The notes under the pieces were generated by a model that was not told where the DNA came from, searched no databases, and saw only the letters and a program-made list of their open reading frames with translations. DNA of 63,733 bases, counting the filler, from Octopus bimaculoides (Eukaryota), in NCBI RefSeq assembly GCF_001194135.2. It is 5 parts of 5 records of this genome, joined end to end, with 100 filler letters (N's around TTAATTAATTAA, not from the genome) between each part and the next. Parts side by side here need not be neighbours in the genome. Positions count along the whole stretch, not along the records: positions 45,337 to 61,300 come from NC_068993.1; positions 61,401 to 63,733 come from NC_068981.1; 3 more parts are not named here. One strand, 5' to 3'. Both the position numbers and the translations under genes were made by a program. Position 1 is the first letter of the stretch, and each line of letters starts with the position of its first letter. Below, piece after piece: positions 50,180 through 62,247 of the stretch.

Positions 50180-51120
50180 TTTCTACTGTTGTGTGGAAGT
50201 AGAGCACCCCTATTCGGTTGGTCCCTAATGGACTGTGCAACAATATAACTGGATCTTCGCAGAGAATGTGGGGAGAGTCGGTGAGCTGTGTAAAGCCGCG
50301 AGTTCCCGTTGTGTTTGAGTTGCATTTGAGTTCGCTCGATGTGAGTTTTGTTGTATTGCATTGTTAATTTACTGAATTGTTGAACTGTTATTAACTGGAA
50401 TTGCTGGAATTGTTGTTAACTGGCTTTTATTTTTTTCATCCCCATTTATGGATGACGTTATGAAAAATACTGTCATGGAAAGTAAACCAACGGGGAGTTA
50501 CGCTGCGCTGACCGGCAAAGGCCTGTCAGTAGAGGTACCTGAAATCGAATTAAAAGAGAATAATTTTAGAAAATATAATGGTTTGCTGAAGGAGGAAGGG
50601 GACAGCCTGAGGTTGACGCCCCCTAAAGAAATACTTGAAAAAACTTTGAAAAAACGACAATTATTTATAGAACATTGAATGTGACAACGGTAAAAAGTTG
50701 ATGCAGAAGTGGAGGAAGCGGTAGAGGAAGGTCTACGAGAGGTAAAGGCTATTACGATATATTACAGGAGGGAAAAATACGGTAGGGTGGAGGTACGCTT
50801 CATAAGCGAAGAAGAAACGAGGAAACACTCCACTGTGCCTTTGAGATCAGCCGAGTGGGCACTGCTACCTACTTACTATGGCAAACGTGCAGCCAGAGTA
50901 AGAATAAGTAGAGTGGCCCAGAAATTGATGAGGCGTGGCTGGTGGCAGCCATCCTCTAAAACTCAGAGGAAGACGCTCAGGTGTTGAACAAATCGAGTAC
51001 GACGGCGGTACACTGATGGGGGTTTGGACTGGAGGTGTCGGTCCATATCAGCCTGTCGGATCTTCATAAAATTGCAGAAGAGCTGGTGCTACCAGATGAG
51101 ACATGATTAAGAATCGTCAT
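50180..51120 (+). mobile_element. L1/Tx1-type LINE 5' region and broken ORF1
   Basis: ORF pieces at 50448-50678 and 50709-50987 (YGRVEVRF...WALLPTYYGKRAARVRISRV) continue to ...LPDET-LRIV. The family assignment is from recalled resemblance only. Confidence 0.55.
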
Positions 51121-52621
51121 GATTGCTAAGTGCAATGGTGAGGAAATTTATTCCAGGCTGGATTTGTTAGATGTCTTCCTCCAGCTATTGGTAGACGAGG
51201 AATGTGCTAAAAGTATTAACAATTAATACTCATAAAGGGCTGTACCGTTTTAAAAGCCTGCCATTTGGAGTTAAGGTCGCACCAGCAATATTTCAGCAAG
51301 TGATGGACACTATGTTAGCAGATTGTGAGTTTGCGGTCCCATAATTGGATGAGATATTGATCAAAAGTGAATCGAGGGACCAGCATATTGAACATAGAAA
51401 AATGTCTCTAAAAGAATAAGTGACTATGGATTTAAAGTAAGTGAAAATAAACGTGATGTTTTCTAACAAAAATAAAATACTTGGGACGAAATGGAACTGG
51501 ACAAACCAATGTCAGAAAGTATTCGGGGAATTAGAAATGAACTTAGCATCAGAGTTATCAGTAACTCATTCCGTCCCAAACCTGAAAATAAATGTAGCAT
51601 CGGATGCCAGTGAATAAGGTATAGGAGCTGTGATATTGCATACATTTAATGATGGTAAAATCAAAGCTATTTCACATGCATCAAGAGTTTTCCTAATAGT
51701 AGAAAAAACTACAGCCAGATCGAAAAAGAGCCTTTATCATAAATTTCCGCAGTAAAGAAATTTCAGAAATTCCTACACGGCAGGAAGTTTACACTGCAAG
51801 CTGATCACCGACCGTTACTGTCTATTTTCGTTTCGAAAAAGGGTATCGCCACGCATTCAGCAAACCGTTTGCAGCGCTGAGGACTACCCTGTTGAATTAT
51901 GATTTTCAGATGGAGTTTTTGGCATCAGATATAATGGGACACGAAGACGAGTTGTCTAGACTAATTCCAAAATATAGGGAACCTTTTGAAGACACAGTGA
52001 TTGTATCGTTAAAATTAGAAATGGAACTCAAGCGCATTTTGTGCAATATAGTACGTGATTTGCCGGTAACGCTAGAAGAAATTAAATTAAAATGGGAAAA
52101 AATATGCTCATAAATAAGATTTTTAAAATTCTGTTGGAAAGAAATACGAAAAGTAATATAAATTAGCGGAATGCAGGTTCAAAGCATTATCCAGTATGTA
52201 ATAATGTATTATTAGAATACCTGAAGTACTGCAAAACAGAGTATTAAAAGACTTACATGTAGGACATCCGGCGATTGCTCGGACGAAAAGCCTCATGAGG
52301 AGTTACATGTATTGGCCGAATATGAACTAACAAATTCAGAGACTGATAAAGCAATGAAGGGAATGCGCTATGGCAGCAACAACTCTCCTAGTGCAGATAC
52401 ACTCGTAGCCAAAAGTGGATTCAGCATGGTCTAGAAAGCATGTGGATTTCGCAGGACCAATAAAAAGTTCATCGTGGTGGATAGCTATTCTAAATAGCCT
52501 GAAGTATGTAAATGCTCAAGGTCAATCACAAATGTGACTATTGACTTCTTGGAAGAATTGTTCGCTCGTTATAGGGTGCCACATGCGATTGTGTCAGATA
52601 ATGGCACACAATTCATGGCTA
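51121..52621 (+). mobile_element. Ty3/Gypsy pol remnant (RT, RNase H, integrase)
   Basis: YSRLDL...INTHKGLYRFKSLPFGVKVAPAIFQQVMD, SDAS--GIGAV, KNYSQIEKE, FTLQADHRPL, LHVGHP...SYMYWPNM, HVDFAGP, IVSDNGTQF. Heavily frameshifted. Confidence 0.9.
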
Positions 52622-53469
52622 AGGTTTATAGAAGATGTCTGTTTCTATGTGGTTATTGACCATTTTAACTAGGATGTCAAGAAAAGGGAGTTGTGTACTG
52701 CTGTGTTCCATGGTGAATTGTATGTTGCTATTAATATCGTTAAGCATTATTTTGAAATCGAGGAGTTTGTCCATGCTGTCTTTCCAAACTATAAAGCAAT
52801 CCTCCAAATACCTCTTCCAGTTCTCCTTTAAATAGCAATGAAAAGAGTTGCCATATTTTTGTTATGATGATTGATATATTTTAAGCTCTAGGTAACCCAT
52901 TACAAGGTTCGCAATCACTGGCGCAGCTCGGGTTCCCATTGCAATTCCACATTTTTGTCGATAGTAAGCTGTATCGAACATGAAATAGTTGTTCAGCAGG
53001 ATGAATTTGAGTGCTGCGATTATGAATCTGTGGCTGATGCACCCTGGGATCTCTTGTGGGTATTTTTCTAGCCAGAAGGTGATCGCTTCTATACCATAAT
53101 CGTATGGCATATTGGTGTACAAATTCACCACATCGAATGATACTAACAGGGTTCCTTTACTTATTGTCTTCGGGGGGTGGTTTAGCATTTCTAAGTCATC
53201 CCTGATGAAGCTTTTAACATATTTTAGAAACGGTTTGAGTAAGGTTTAAACACACTTTCCAAGCGTTGACCATCTGAATGTTTCTTTAATTCGTTGTAGA
53301 TTTCCTCATCTATGTTTTTAAATTTTTGTTCATTGCTTAGCGCTCTAAGCTTATGGAGTTCTATCTCTGTCTTCATTTTTTCCAGTCTTAGTTTCTCACT
53401 TAATTGTCTTCGTTGGTCCTGTTCGTTTGGAATGCGTTTAATTTGGAATTTATGGGGCAGTGTCTTTAA
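52622..53469 (-). mobile_element. Inverted, internally deleted Penelope segment (N-terminal piece fused to a duplicate of part of the RT)
   Basis: 52622-53243 is the reverse complement of ~55001-55614. 53244-53469 encodes LKTLPHK...GQRLESVFK, which continues as LWKTACETEE on the plus strand from ~53470. Confidence 0.9.
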
Positions 53470-56400
53470 AGTGTCTTTAAACTGTGGAAAACAGCTTGTG
53501 AAACTGAAGAAACAAGCTCCATACAACGCTGGGAAAAACAAGCCAATTTCTTTATTAACTACGAAGCACAGTTCAACATAGAATACGCATCGGAGAACCC
53601 CTTCGCGAAGAAAAATAAACCAAAGCAATACACAGAAATGAACCCACGCTTATCTAACACAAACCACAGACGGTCAAGGGGAAACAACTCCACCGACCTA
53701 ACCTCTTACATCTCAAAATAACTTACTAACAACAATCAGGAATTCAGCCCACAATAGAAAATCTGGTCGTAATTCTCATGGCATCCTACATACAAATCAA
53801 AGGTTCCATCGAAACCTTCAAACTAACCTAAAATTTTGGGAACCAATTACTACCAATCTACCTCCATCATCTCACAATAAATGGAAGAATTTACCTCCGA
53901 GACTTAACCCTCAACATGGTTACTTCAATCATTCAATAAGACACAACCTAACTAGACAACTTAACTTCTCCCTCCACCCACATTACAATGTTAAAAATAA
54001 ATTTAACCCTAACCACATCAACCATAGACAATATAACAACCCTCAGTACAACCATAATCTAGCCCGCTTCACAGCCATTCCACCACCAACATATTACCAC
54101 GGACACACTTTACACCCTTTTTCTCCCCAGCAAACCAAACACAATAGAGACTTTCCACAACAATCCACCTGCTACAACAATTTTTTAGACTTAAATCAGA
54201 GAAACAGAGATGTGAAATGGAACAAAATGTACAAGAACAACCGAAAATAATCAACTTATCAAAGAAGATCCTAAGTGCTACACAAACTAGAATTCTAGCA
54301 AGAGGTTTAAAGTTTACTCCAACTCCTCGCAGATCGAACCCAAATGAAATTAAGGATAACACTATGGATTTCTGCCGAAAATTACGCCTCACAGAAGCAC
54401 TTCACACCTACACCAGCGAAGATGGGTCTATAGTAAAAAACAAAAGTGAATATTGTCCTACAAAGGGCAGAAATAAAGCACTTGATGATTTTGTGAACAC
54501 ATTACCAGTTTGCCTTTTAATACTCTACAAAAACAACGAATTAAAATCCAGCCTTAATATAAATGAATGGAAAGACCTAATTGAGTTTAAAAATGATTTA
54601 AACCTCACCATTACAGAAGCCGACAAAGGAAGTGCGGTAGTGGTGATGGACACAGAGTACTACAAAAAGTTAATACTCTCCATGTTGGAAAATAATACTT
54701 ACTATGAGATGATAGTACAATACAACCTACAGAACACTCTTAAAAACCTATCCTTCTTACTTCAAGTACATGCAAAAACGTCAAATTAAACATGAAATTG
54801 ACTATTTATCCAATTTTAAATACAGACCTAGTCTATTCTATGGATTACCTAAAATACACAAGAATCCATATATTTGTAAAGCTTGCAAAGTTTCTCCAAG
54901 CCTCTGCATTAATATTTTCTCCCCCTACTGACCTCAAACTGAGACCCATCATTGCTGGCCCTACTTGTGAAACCCACCCTTTGAGCAACTTCCTCGACAT
55001 CTTACTCAAACCGTTTCTAAAATATGTTAAAAGCTTCATCAGGGATGACTTAGATATGCTAAACCACCCCCCGAAGACAATAAGTAAAGGAACCCTGTTA
55101 GTATCATTCGATGTGGTGAATTTGTACACCAATATGCCATACGATTATGGTATAGAAGCGATCACCTTCTGGCTAGAAAAATACCCACAAGAGATCCCAG
55201 GGTGCATCAGCCACAGATTCATAATCGCAGCACTCAAATTCATCCTACTGAACAACTATTTCATGTTCGATACAGCTTACTATCGACAAAAATGTAGAAT
55301 TGCAATGGGAACCCGAGCTGCGCCAGTAATTGCGAACCTTGTAATTGGTTACCTAGAGCTTAAAATATATCAATCATCATTACAAAAATATGGCAACTCT
55401 TTTCATTGTTATTTAAAGGAGAACTGGAAGAGGTATTTGGAGGATTGCTTTATATTTTGGAAATACAGCATGGACAAACTCAAAATAATGCTTAACAATA
55501 TTAATAGCAACATACAATTCACCATGGAACACAGCAGTACACAACTCCCTTTTCTTGACATCCTAGTTAAAATGGTCAATAATCACATAGAAACAGACAT
55601 CTTCTATAAACCTACATATTCTAAACAATACCTATTATTCAACTCATGCCACCCCAAACACATAAAATTTAGTATATCTTATAATCTGCCGAAAAGAATC
55701 TGTACTATAGTTTCGAACTCCTATACTCGTGAACGAAGACTCCTTGAACTCAGATCAATACTACTCAAAATACATTACACAATATCTTTAATAAATGATG
55801 CAATCAAACGAGCTAAGTAAATAGACATACAAACATTAAGGGATGTCAACCGAAATGCTAAACCAGACTTAAAAATACACCCATACATCTCCACACATAA
55901 CCCTAGAAACAACGAAGCCTTTAACGTTATCATCCAAAATCTTCCCATCCTCATAAGAGATTAAACAATGAAAAAATTTTAGACTCACACAAAATTATCA
56001 AAAGTAAAATGTAACCTAAATCACTGAAAAAAATATTAACCAGCGCAAGACTATATCCATTAACAACAGAACCAGAAGTGAAAAAATGTGGTCGACTTAA
56101 CTGTGGTACTTGCCCCCACCTTTTGGAGGGTTCGTAGTTCTACTTTAAAGAAAGTGAAATGTTTAAGTTTAAATCAAATTTCACCTGTGCCTCGGAAAAT
56201 CTAATCTATGCCATTACATGCTTAGGGTGCAGTAATAACTATACTGGCCAAACAGGAATATCAATCCGTAGAAGAACTACTCTCCACAAAGAACAAATCC
56301 GCCACCCACATTACAAACAGATACAGGTCTGTGGACACATAAAAAGGTGTGCGAGGAATCTTAATCCTAATTTCCTATTTTTTCCCTTCTATCAATGTTC

Positions 56401-56485
56401 ACAAAACACACCAACACAACAAAGAATGAATAAAGAGGCAATTTTCATTGATAAATACCTTCCTCAACTAAATATGAACACATAA
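53470..56485 (+). mobile_element. Penelope-like element: RT plus GIY-YIG endonuclease, disrupted
   Basis: LARGLKFTPTP, EADKGSAVVVM, LRPIIAG, SFDVVNLYTN, AMGTRAAP, RYLEDC, FLDILV, FYKPT, and LIYAITC..C..NYTGQTG..RR...H (56159-56485). Stops and frameshifts separate the ORF pieces. Confidence 0.95.
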
Positions 56486-56918
56486 CATAATATAGAACAC
56501 TACTAATCTTCCATTTAGTATCACTAACTCCCATACATCCCATACACCATTCACATTAGAAATCCAGATCTACACTAATTGCACCAAATCCAGAACTACT
56601 TACCTCCCTTACACATAAACTTTTTACTAAGGGACTAATAGACTTGACACCGTTCAGAATTCGGTGTGCACTCAAAGCAATGATTGTAATATTATGAAGC
56701 CGGTATGCTTTTAAATCTCTTTAACAAGTCACAATAATGACTTTTATTACCTTTATTCCTACCTCATTTCATATAATTGTATATATCTATCGTTACTTTT
56801 CATAAAAAAAGCCTTAACTTTTTTTATCTCCAATGTGCATTTTCGCTTATTTTTCTGCTTACTTTCCCCTTACATTTCCACGTGTAGTGTCTATTTTGTT
56901 TTTGTAACATATTTCTAT

Positions 56919-56953
<35 letters not shown>

Positions 56954-56966
56954 ATATGTATATATT

Positions 56967-57013
<47 letters not shown>

Positions 57014-57870
57014 TGTGTATGTATTTATATATGCATGATTGTATATCCTTATGTTTTAAGTGTATGTTTTTTCTATCACTTGTAAATTTATAATATCTTT
57101 CTCCTTCTTATATTCGTTTTTGTTCCTATTTAAGCCGGACTTAAAGAAATGATTGCGAGAATCGAGAAAATATCAAATACGCATGATCGTTATCTCAGCC
57201 ATAAGAAAAAAAATCATGGTAGTAGGAAAAGAGAATGTACGGAAAATACTGTATCAGAAAATCATGATTCCTGAGACAGATTGAAAAAGTACATTTGATA
57301 TAAGGAGCAATTGATTATATTGACCTAAATACTTGACTGGTATTACTTTTATCAATCGAAAACGCGAGATAGCGGTGGGACGACAGTGAATTTGATGCAA
57401 AGAATACAAGGCACTTCGTGACTCTCGTAAAACTAACACCTCAGTGAATCAACACACACATGCATACACACGCAAGTGTGTTTGAGTGTGTGGGTGTGGG
57501 TGTGGAGTGGGTATAGGTGAGAGAGAGACAGGGAGACAAAGGGACAGTGTGTTAAATAGAACATATTCCTAGTCTAAAGATATAATGCAAATACAATTTT
57601 GCCGAGAAATTTCATAGATAATATGTAGGCGAGATAATTTATTATAAAGAACCAATGGAAGAAGACGAAACATTATTAAACTTTAAGATATTTTAGCTTG
57701 ATAACATTTCTCGAAAACGTTGTTTTATTTCCATTGTTTCTCATTATTTAACTTATTAAAGTTTGAAGAAACTTTGGTATTTAATCAAGAATGCTTCATT
57801 TAAATGCCATAAACATTACAACTTCTTTTCCATTTCTCAATTTGTTTATATAATATGTGGATTTATATCA

Positions 57871-58017
57871 GCGTAGGCGGTCTGTGTGGTAAAAATCTTT
57901 CTTTTCATTGTCATGATCCGAGTTCAGTCATACTGCTTGTATTCTACTGTAACCTCAGACAAACCAAAGCCTGGTCAGTTATTTTAGATGGAAATTGAAA
58001 GTAGACCATCGTGTATA
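57871..58017 (+). mobile_element. Diverged SINE family A head
   Basis: GCGTAGGCGGTCTGTGTGGTAA...GAGTTCAGTC...CCAAAGCC...GGAAATTGAAAG, then (TA) and a gap. Confidence 0.6.
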
Positions 58018-59689
58018 TNNNNNNNNNNNNNNNNNNNNNNNNNNNNNNNNNNNNNNNNNNNNNNNNNNNNNNNNNNNNNNNNNNNNNNNNNNNNNNNNNN
58101 NNNNNNNNNNNNNNNNNNNNNNNNNNNNNNNNNNNNNNNNNNNNNNNNNNNNNNNNNNNNNNNNNNNNNNNNNNNNNNNNNNNNNNNNNNNNNNNNNNNN
58201 NNNNNNNNNNNNNNNNNNNNNNNNNNNNNNNNNNNNNNNNNNNNNNNNNNNNNNNNNNNNNNNNNNNNNNNNNNNNNNNNNNNNNNNNNNNNNNNNNNNN
58301 NNNNNNNNNNNNNNNNNNNNNNNNNNNNNNNNNNNNNNNNNNNNNNNNNNNNNNNNNNNNNNNNNNNNNNNNNNNNNNNNNNNNNNNNNNNNNNNNTATA
58401 TATATATAGATAGATAGATAGATAGTAACGTAGATGGATCGGGACTTCTGTATTTGAGCAGGACCTCTGTGTTCGGGTGGTGTCTTGGGTTGTAGGTTGT
58501 CCATATTTGGACTGTTACAAATTCACTATAATTGCGTACTACATCACGAAAATAGTTCAAGACATTTGAGAAATTAGTGAACTATGCACCATGCTACCAA
58601 ATAGCTAAAGCCTTTTGAGAAAGTAGTTGACTTGAACCTCATGTGTCGAGATAACATGTAAGTGGTAATAATTTATTTTATATTATCTTTTAAACAGTTA
58701 TATATTTTGCTATAATCGTAACAAGATTTTAATAATAATAATTGTTAAGTATAGGTATTCTGTTATTAGTTTCTGTTTTATTAAGGATATTTTAGTATTA
58801 TCTATTCAATAACTGGTGTAAGCTTCACAATAAAACATGTAAGGATAACGACTATATAATACGTATGGAGTGTTTTAATAATTAACTTTTGGGATATGAT
58901 ATAGTGTTAATCACTAGAATTATATTATTAGTTAACTTAAGTTCAATCGAGTTTGTTTTGTTATGGAAGGAATAAAATATAAAATCTTTCACTGTTATAT
59001 TAATAACTATGGAAGAATCGTAGGAGACTAGTGGGAATATTGTCTATATGGACTTCAAAGGTCAAGTTGCTATTTAGTTAGATAATTTAGGAGTTATTTA
59101 TAGGTTTATTTATAGAATTATTAATTTACCGATACTGTTTTTGTACGTAGGTTAAATTTGGTTTCTTTGTTGTAGTTTAATTATTAATATTAATGTTTAA
59201 TCCTTCCTAGATTTAAGATTGGATGAATGTGGTGATATTTAAAATATGCTTGTTCCCAAGCAACACTTATTTTAGCGTTGTTAACACCACCGGCTTGAAT
59301 AGTACTTCCCAGGTGTGGAAACCATATTGATTTCCGTGGGGCAACTGATGATGGAGGTGTGTTGGATTGTTGGTATGGCGGCTATTGCATGTGCAGAATA
59401 GTTTTATAAGGCATCCAGTTGATATATATATATATATATATATANNNNNNNNNNNNNNNNNNNNNNNNNNNNNNNNNNNNNNNNTGTGTGTGTGTGTGTG
59501 TGTGTGTATATCTATGTGTGTGTGCGTGTGTGAGTGTATGCAAAATAGTGGGTTTGTATATATATATATATACAGTTAATTCGAGGAAGTTTTATCCTCA
59601 TTAGGGATTATATAACCCAAGGTATTCCCCTGGTTAATCCCTATCATATAATGCAAAAGTCACTGGTATATGTTGGGGATTATCGAAAT

Positions 59690-60030
59690 TATATATTATC
59701 GATATCGAAGGAAGAAGTAAAAGGAGAAAACATTGATGTATGAATAATTCATTTGTATGTTATAAGATGATGAAAATTTCTTTTAAAAAACATAACAGTA
59801 CAAATAAATTGACTACAAGTTGTAAAGCTAAAAAATTAAAATTAAGGAACCTACATTTATGCTTCATTCCTATCATTTAATTGATCAGATTTTCTAAGCA
59901 TTTGGCTAAATGCTAAGAAGTGTATCATATTCTAACTATATGGGGGTTGGACTTTTTCAGGGTTAATTCTGAACTAATGGATACATACAGAATATTAATG
60001 AGTTGAAGAAGTTAAAATCTATATACAGCA
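59690..60030 (-). mobile_element. Paralogue of the 3220-3600 repeat with a degenerate long-stem-II hammerhead
   Basis: It shares TTCTAAGCATTTGG-TA-ATGCTAAGAA, AACTATATGGGG and the downstream AT-rich block. Confidence 0.7.
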
Positions 60031-60107
60031 AGTGTATCTATGTGATGGGTTCTACATATTCGTGAATATACCATATATTAGAAAACAAATATATAAAATA
60101 TTCTTTT

Positions 60108-60418
60108 ATTCTTTCATTTGTTTCAGTTATTTGGACAACCGCCTTTAGTCGGGCAAGTCGACTCCAGGACTTATTCATTGTAAGCCTAGTACTTAATCTA
60201 TTGGTCTCTTTTTGCTGAACCGCTACGTTACGGTGACCTAAACACACCAGGATCGTTGTCAAGCGATGTCGGGGTGGAGGGAACAAACACACACAGACAC
60301 AAACATATATATATATATATATATATATAGGACGGGTTTATTTCAGTTTCAGTCATACAAATCCACTCACAAGGCTTTGGTCGGCCCGAGGCTATAGTAA
60401 GAAGTCACTTGGCCAAGG
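60108..60418 (-). mobile_element. SINE family A (5'-truncated) with an internal (TA)n
   Basis: Reverse complement of ~26450-26760. Confidence 0.85.
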
Positions 60419-60664
60419 AATATTTCTTGAACTACCACCGGCGTTCTTGTGTTTAAAAAAAACATTCAAACCATTCTTTGCAGAGAACGGTTATCGTTTA
60501 GAAAAACTGAAGAAATGCCTAGTCCACGGCAGATATGAAACCTATGGTTTTTTGTAAACTATAAAGTTACACATACAAAAATTAACAACTTACTCTATAT
60601 TTTGTAGGGTACGGTCTTCTCCTGATTTATGATATTGTAACAAATATATATATATATATATATA

Positions 60665-61263
60665 AAGGGCATTAGCTGTGTAGTAATGCCTCACGCTTCG
60701 AGGGACTAAATAAGTCAAGAACTACCAAAAAATAAGCAACATATTTACTGAAAAAATGATGAATTTTTTTCATTATGAAATTTTTTTCATTATTTTTTTC
60801 TTTTGAGGTTTTTTTCACGCTGACTACTTGATAAATTCATATAAAGAATTTATCCTATATTATATTATAAATAATTAGAATATATTCAGTGCTGAATATT
60901 ATTCTGTATAAGCACATGTTACTGAGATGCAACCGGATAAATTCAAATCTCTTTCAGGGATATATAATTATGAACAGAAATCATCGTGCGGTGGTGGCTA
61001 CATCGTGGTATGTTGATTCTTGTTTATTTTTATGCATCTCGACCATACATGTACTGATGAACAAAAGAATGCAGGTTACTTCACAGTTTTTCTGTATTTG
61101 ATTGAGAAACCAGCGGTTTACCGTTAAGTTAAATGTTTTTAAAAGATAACTTTTGAAAGCTGCATTCCCTCGCTTTCAGTAAATATGTTGCTTATTTTTT
61201 GGTAGTTTTTTTACTTATTTAGTCCCTCGAAGCGTGAGGCATTACTACACAGTTAATACCCTT
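60665..61263. mobile_element. ~600-bp TA-flanked MITE with ~90-bp terminal inverted repeats
   Basis: AAGGGCATTAGCTGTGTAGTAATGCCTCACGCTTCGAGGGACTAAATAAG...TTTACTGAAA at the left, with its near-perfect reverse complement at ~61174-61263. Confidence 0.85.
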
Positions 61264-61400
61264 TATATAAATGATTTATATATTTATGAAAAAATGATGA
61301 NNNNNNNNNNNNNNNNNNNNNNNNNNNNNNNNNNNNNNNNNNNNTTAATTAATTAANNNNNNNNNNNNNNNNNNNNNNNNNNNNNNNNNNNNNNNNNNNN

Positions 61401-61435
<35 letters not shown>

Positions 61436-61819
61436 GAATATATAAAGGATAGGAAATGGAATGAACGACTGTTTTTATCTAAACGCCACTACAATTGTTT
61501 CAACACATTTTTACACCTGTAATACACTGGTGAGATGTTGTGTAATTATTATCATCCATCCAATGTGTGAAATGCGCCTCTTCGGGTGATTGTTTCAATA
61601 AGTCTTTCGTTAGATCCTACCGTCGTTTCATGGCACGTGAATGCATACCCAAACGCATATACATACATATGTGTATATGTATGTACATTAGCTCCAACCT
61701 CACCCCTATTATTTTTTTCTGTCTGTCTGCCTGGAATTTATAAAAAAAACAAAAGACGAAGATAGGTGTGTAAACAATAAACAGGTGTATTAGTTTAACG
61801 CTCGGGAAGGTGAGAAAAT

Positions 61820-61855
61820 CTTTTACGTTTCGAGCCTACGCTTTTCAACAGAAAG
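61820..61855 (-). ncRNA. Degenerate minimal hammerhead-like motif in a short repeat (~61750-61870)
   Basis: CTTT-CTGTTGA-A-AAGC-GTAG-GCTC-GAAAC-GTA^AAAG. Stem I is intact, but core A6 is replaced by U and the first pair of stem II is mismatched. Confidence 0.4.
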
Positions 61856-62118
61856 GAACACGAAAAAATAAAAATTGCTCAAGTGACTAGTGGTCATATA
61901 TATATACATATATATATATAACTGTTCGAAACGCCAGTGTTATAATGGTGGCAGCTGATGAAGGAAATGTTCTCTATGTGGCCTGTGTGTTTTTTGTACC
62001 TTGTTTATCATTTTGTCCATGTTTTTTTGCAACGTCATGTACCCAGATATGCATCTATATATACATGTAGATGAATGTATGTACATACATGTACATATAT
62101 ATGCATATACTGATATTT

Positions 62119-62166
<48 letters not shown>

Positions 62167-62188
62167 CGAATGATTTTGTTATTTATAT

Positions 62189-62247
<59 letters not shown>

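Noticed and set aside
61921-61975. CGAAAC ... CTGATGAAGG as a permuted (type II) hammerhead
   Set aside because: The CGCCA/TGGTG stem is not followed by UH, and no stem I can form.
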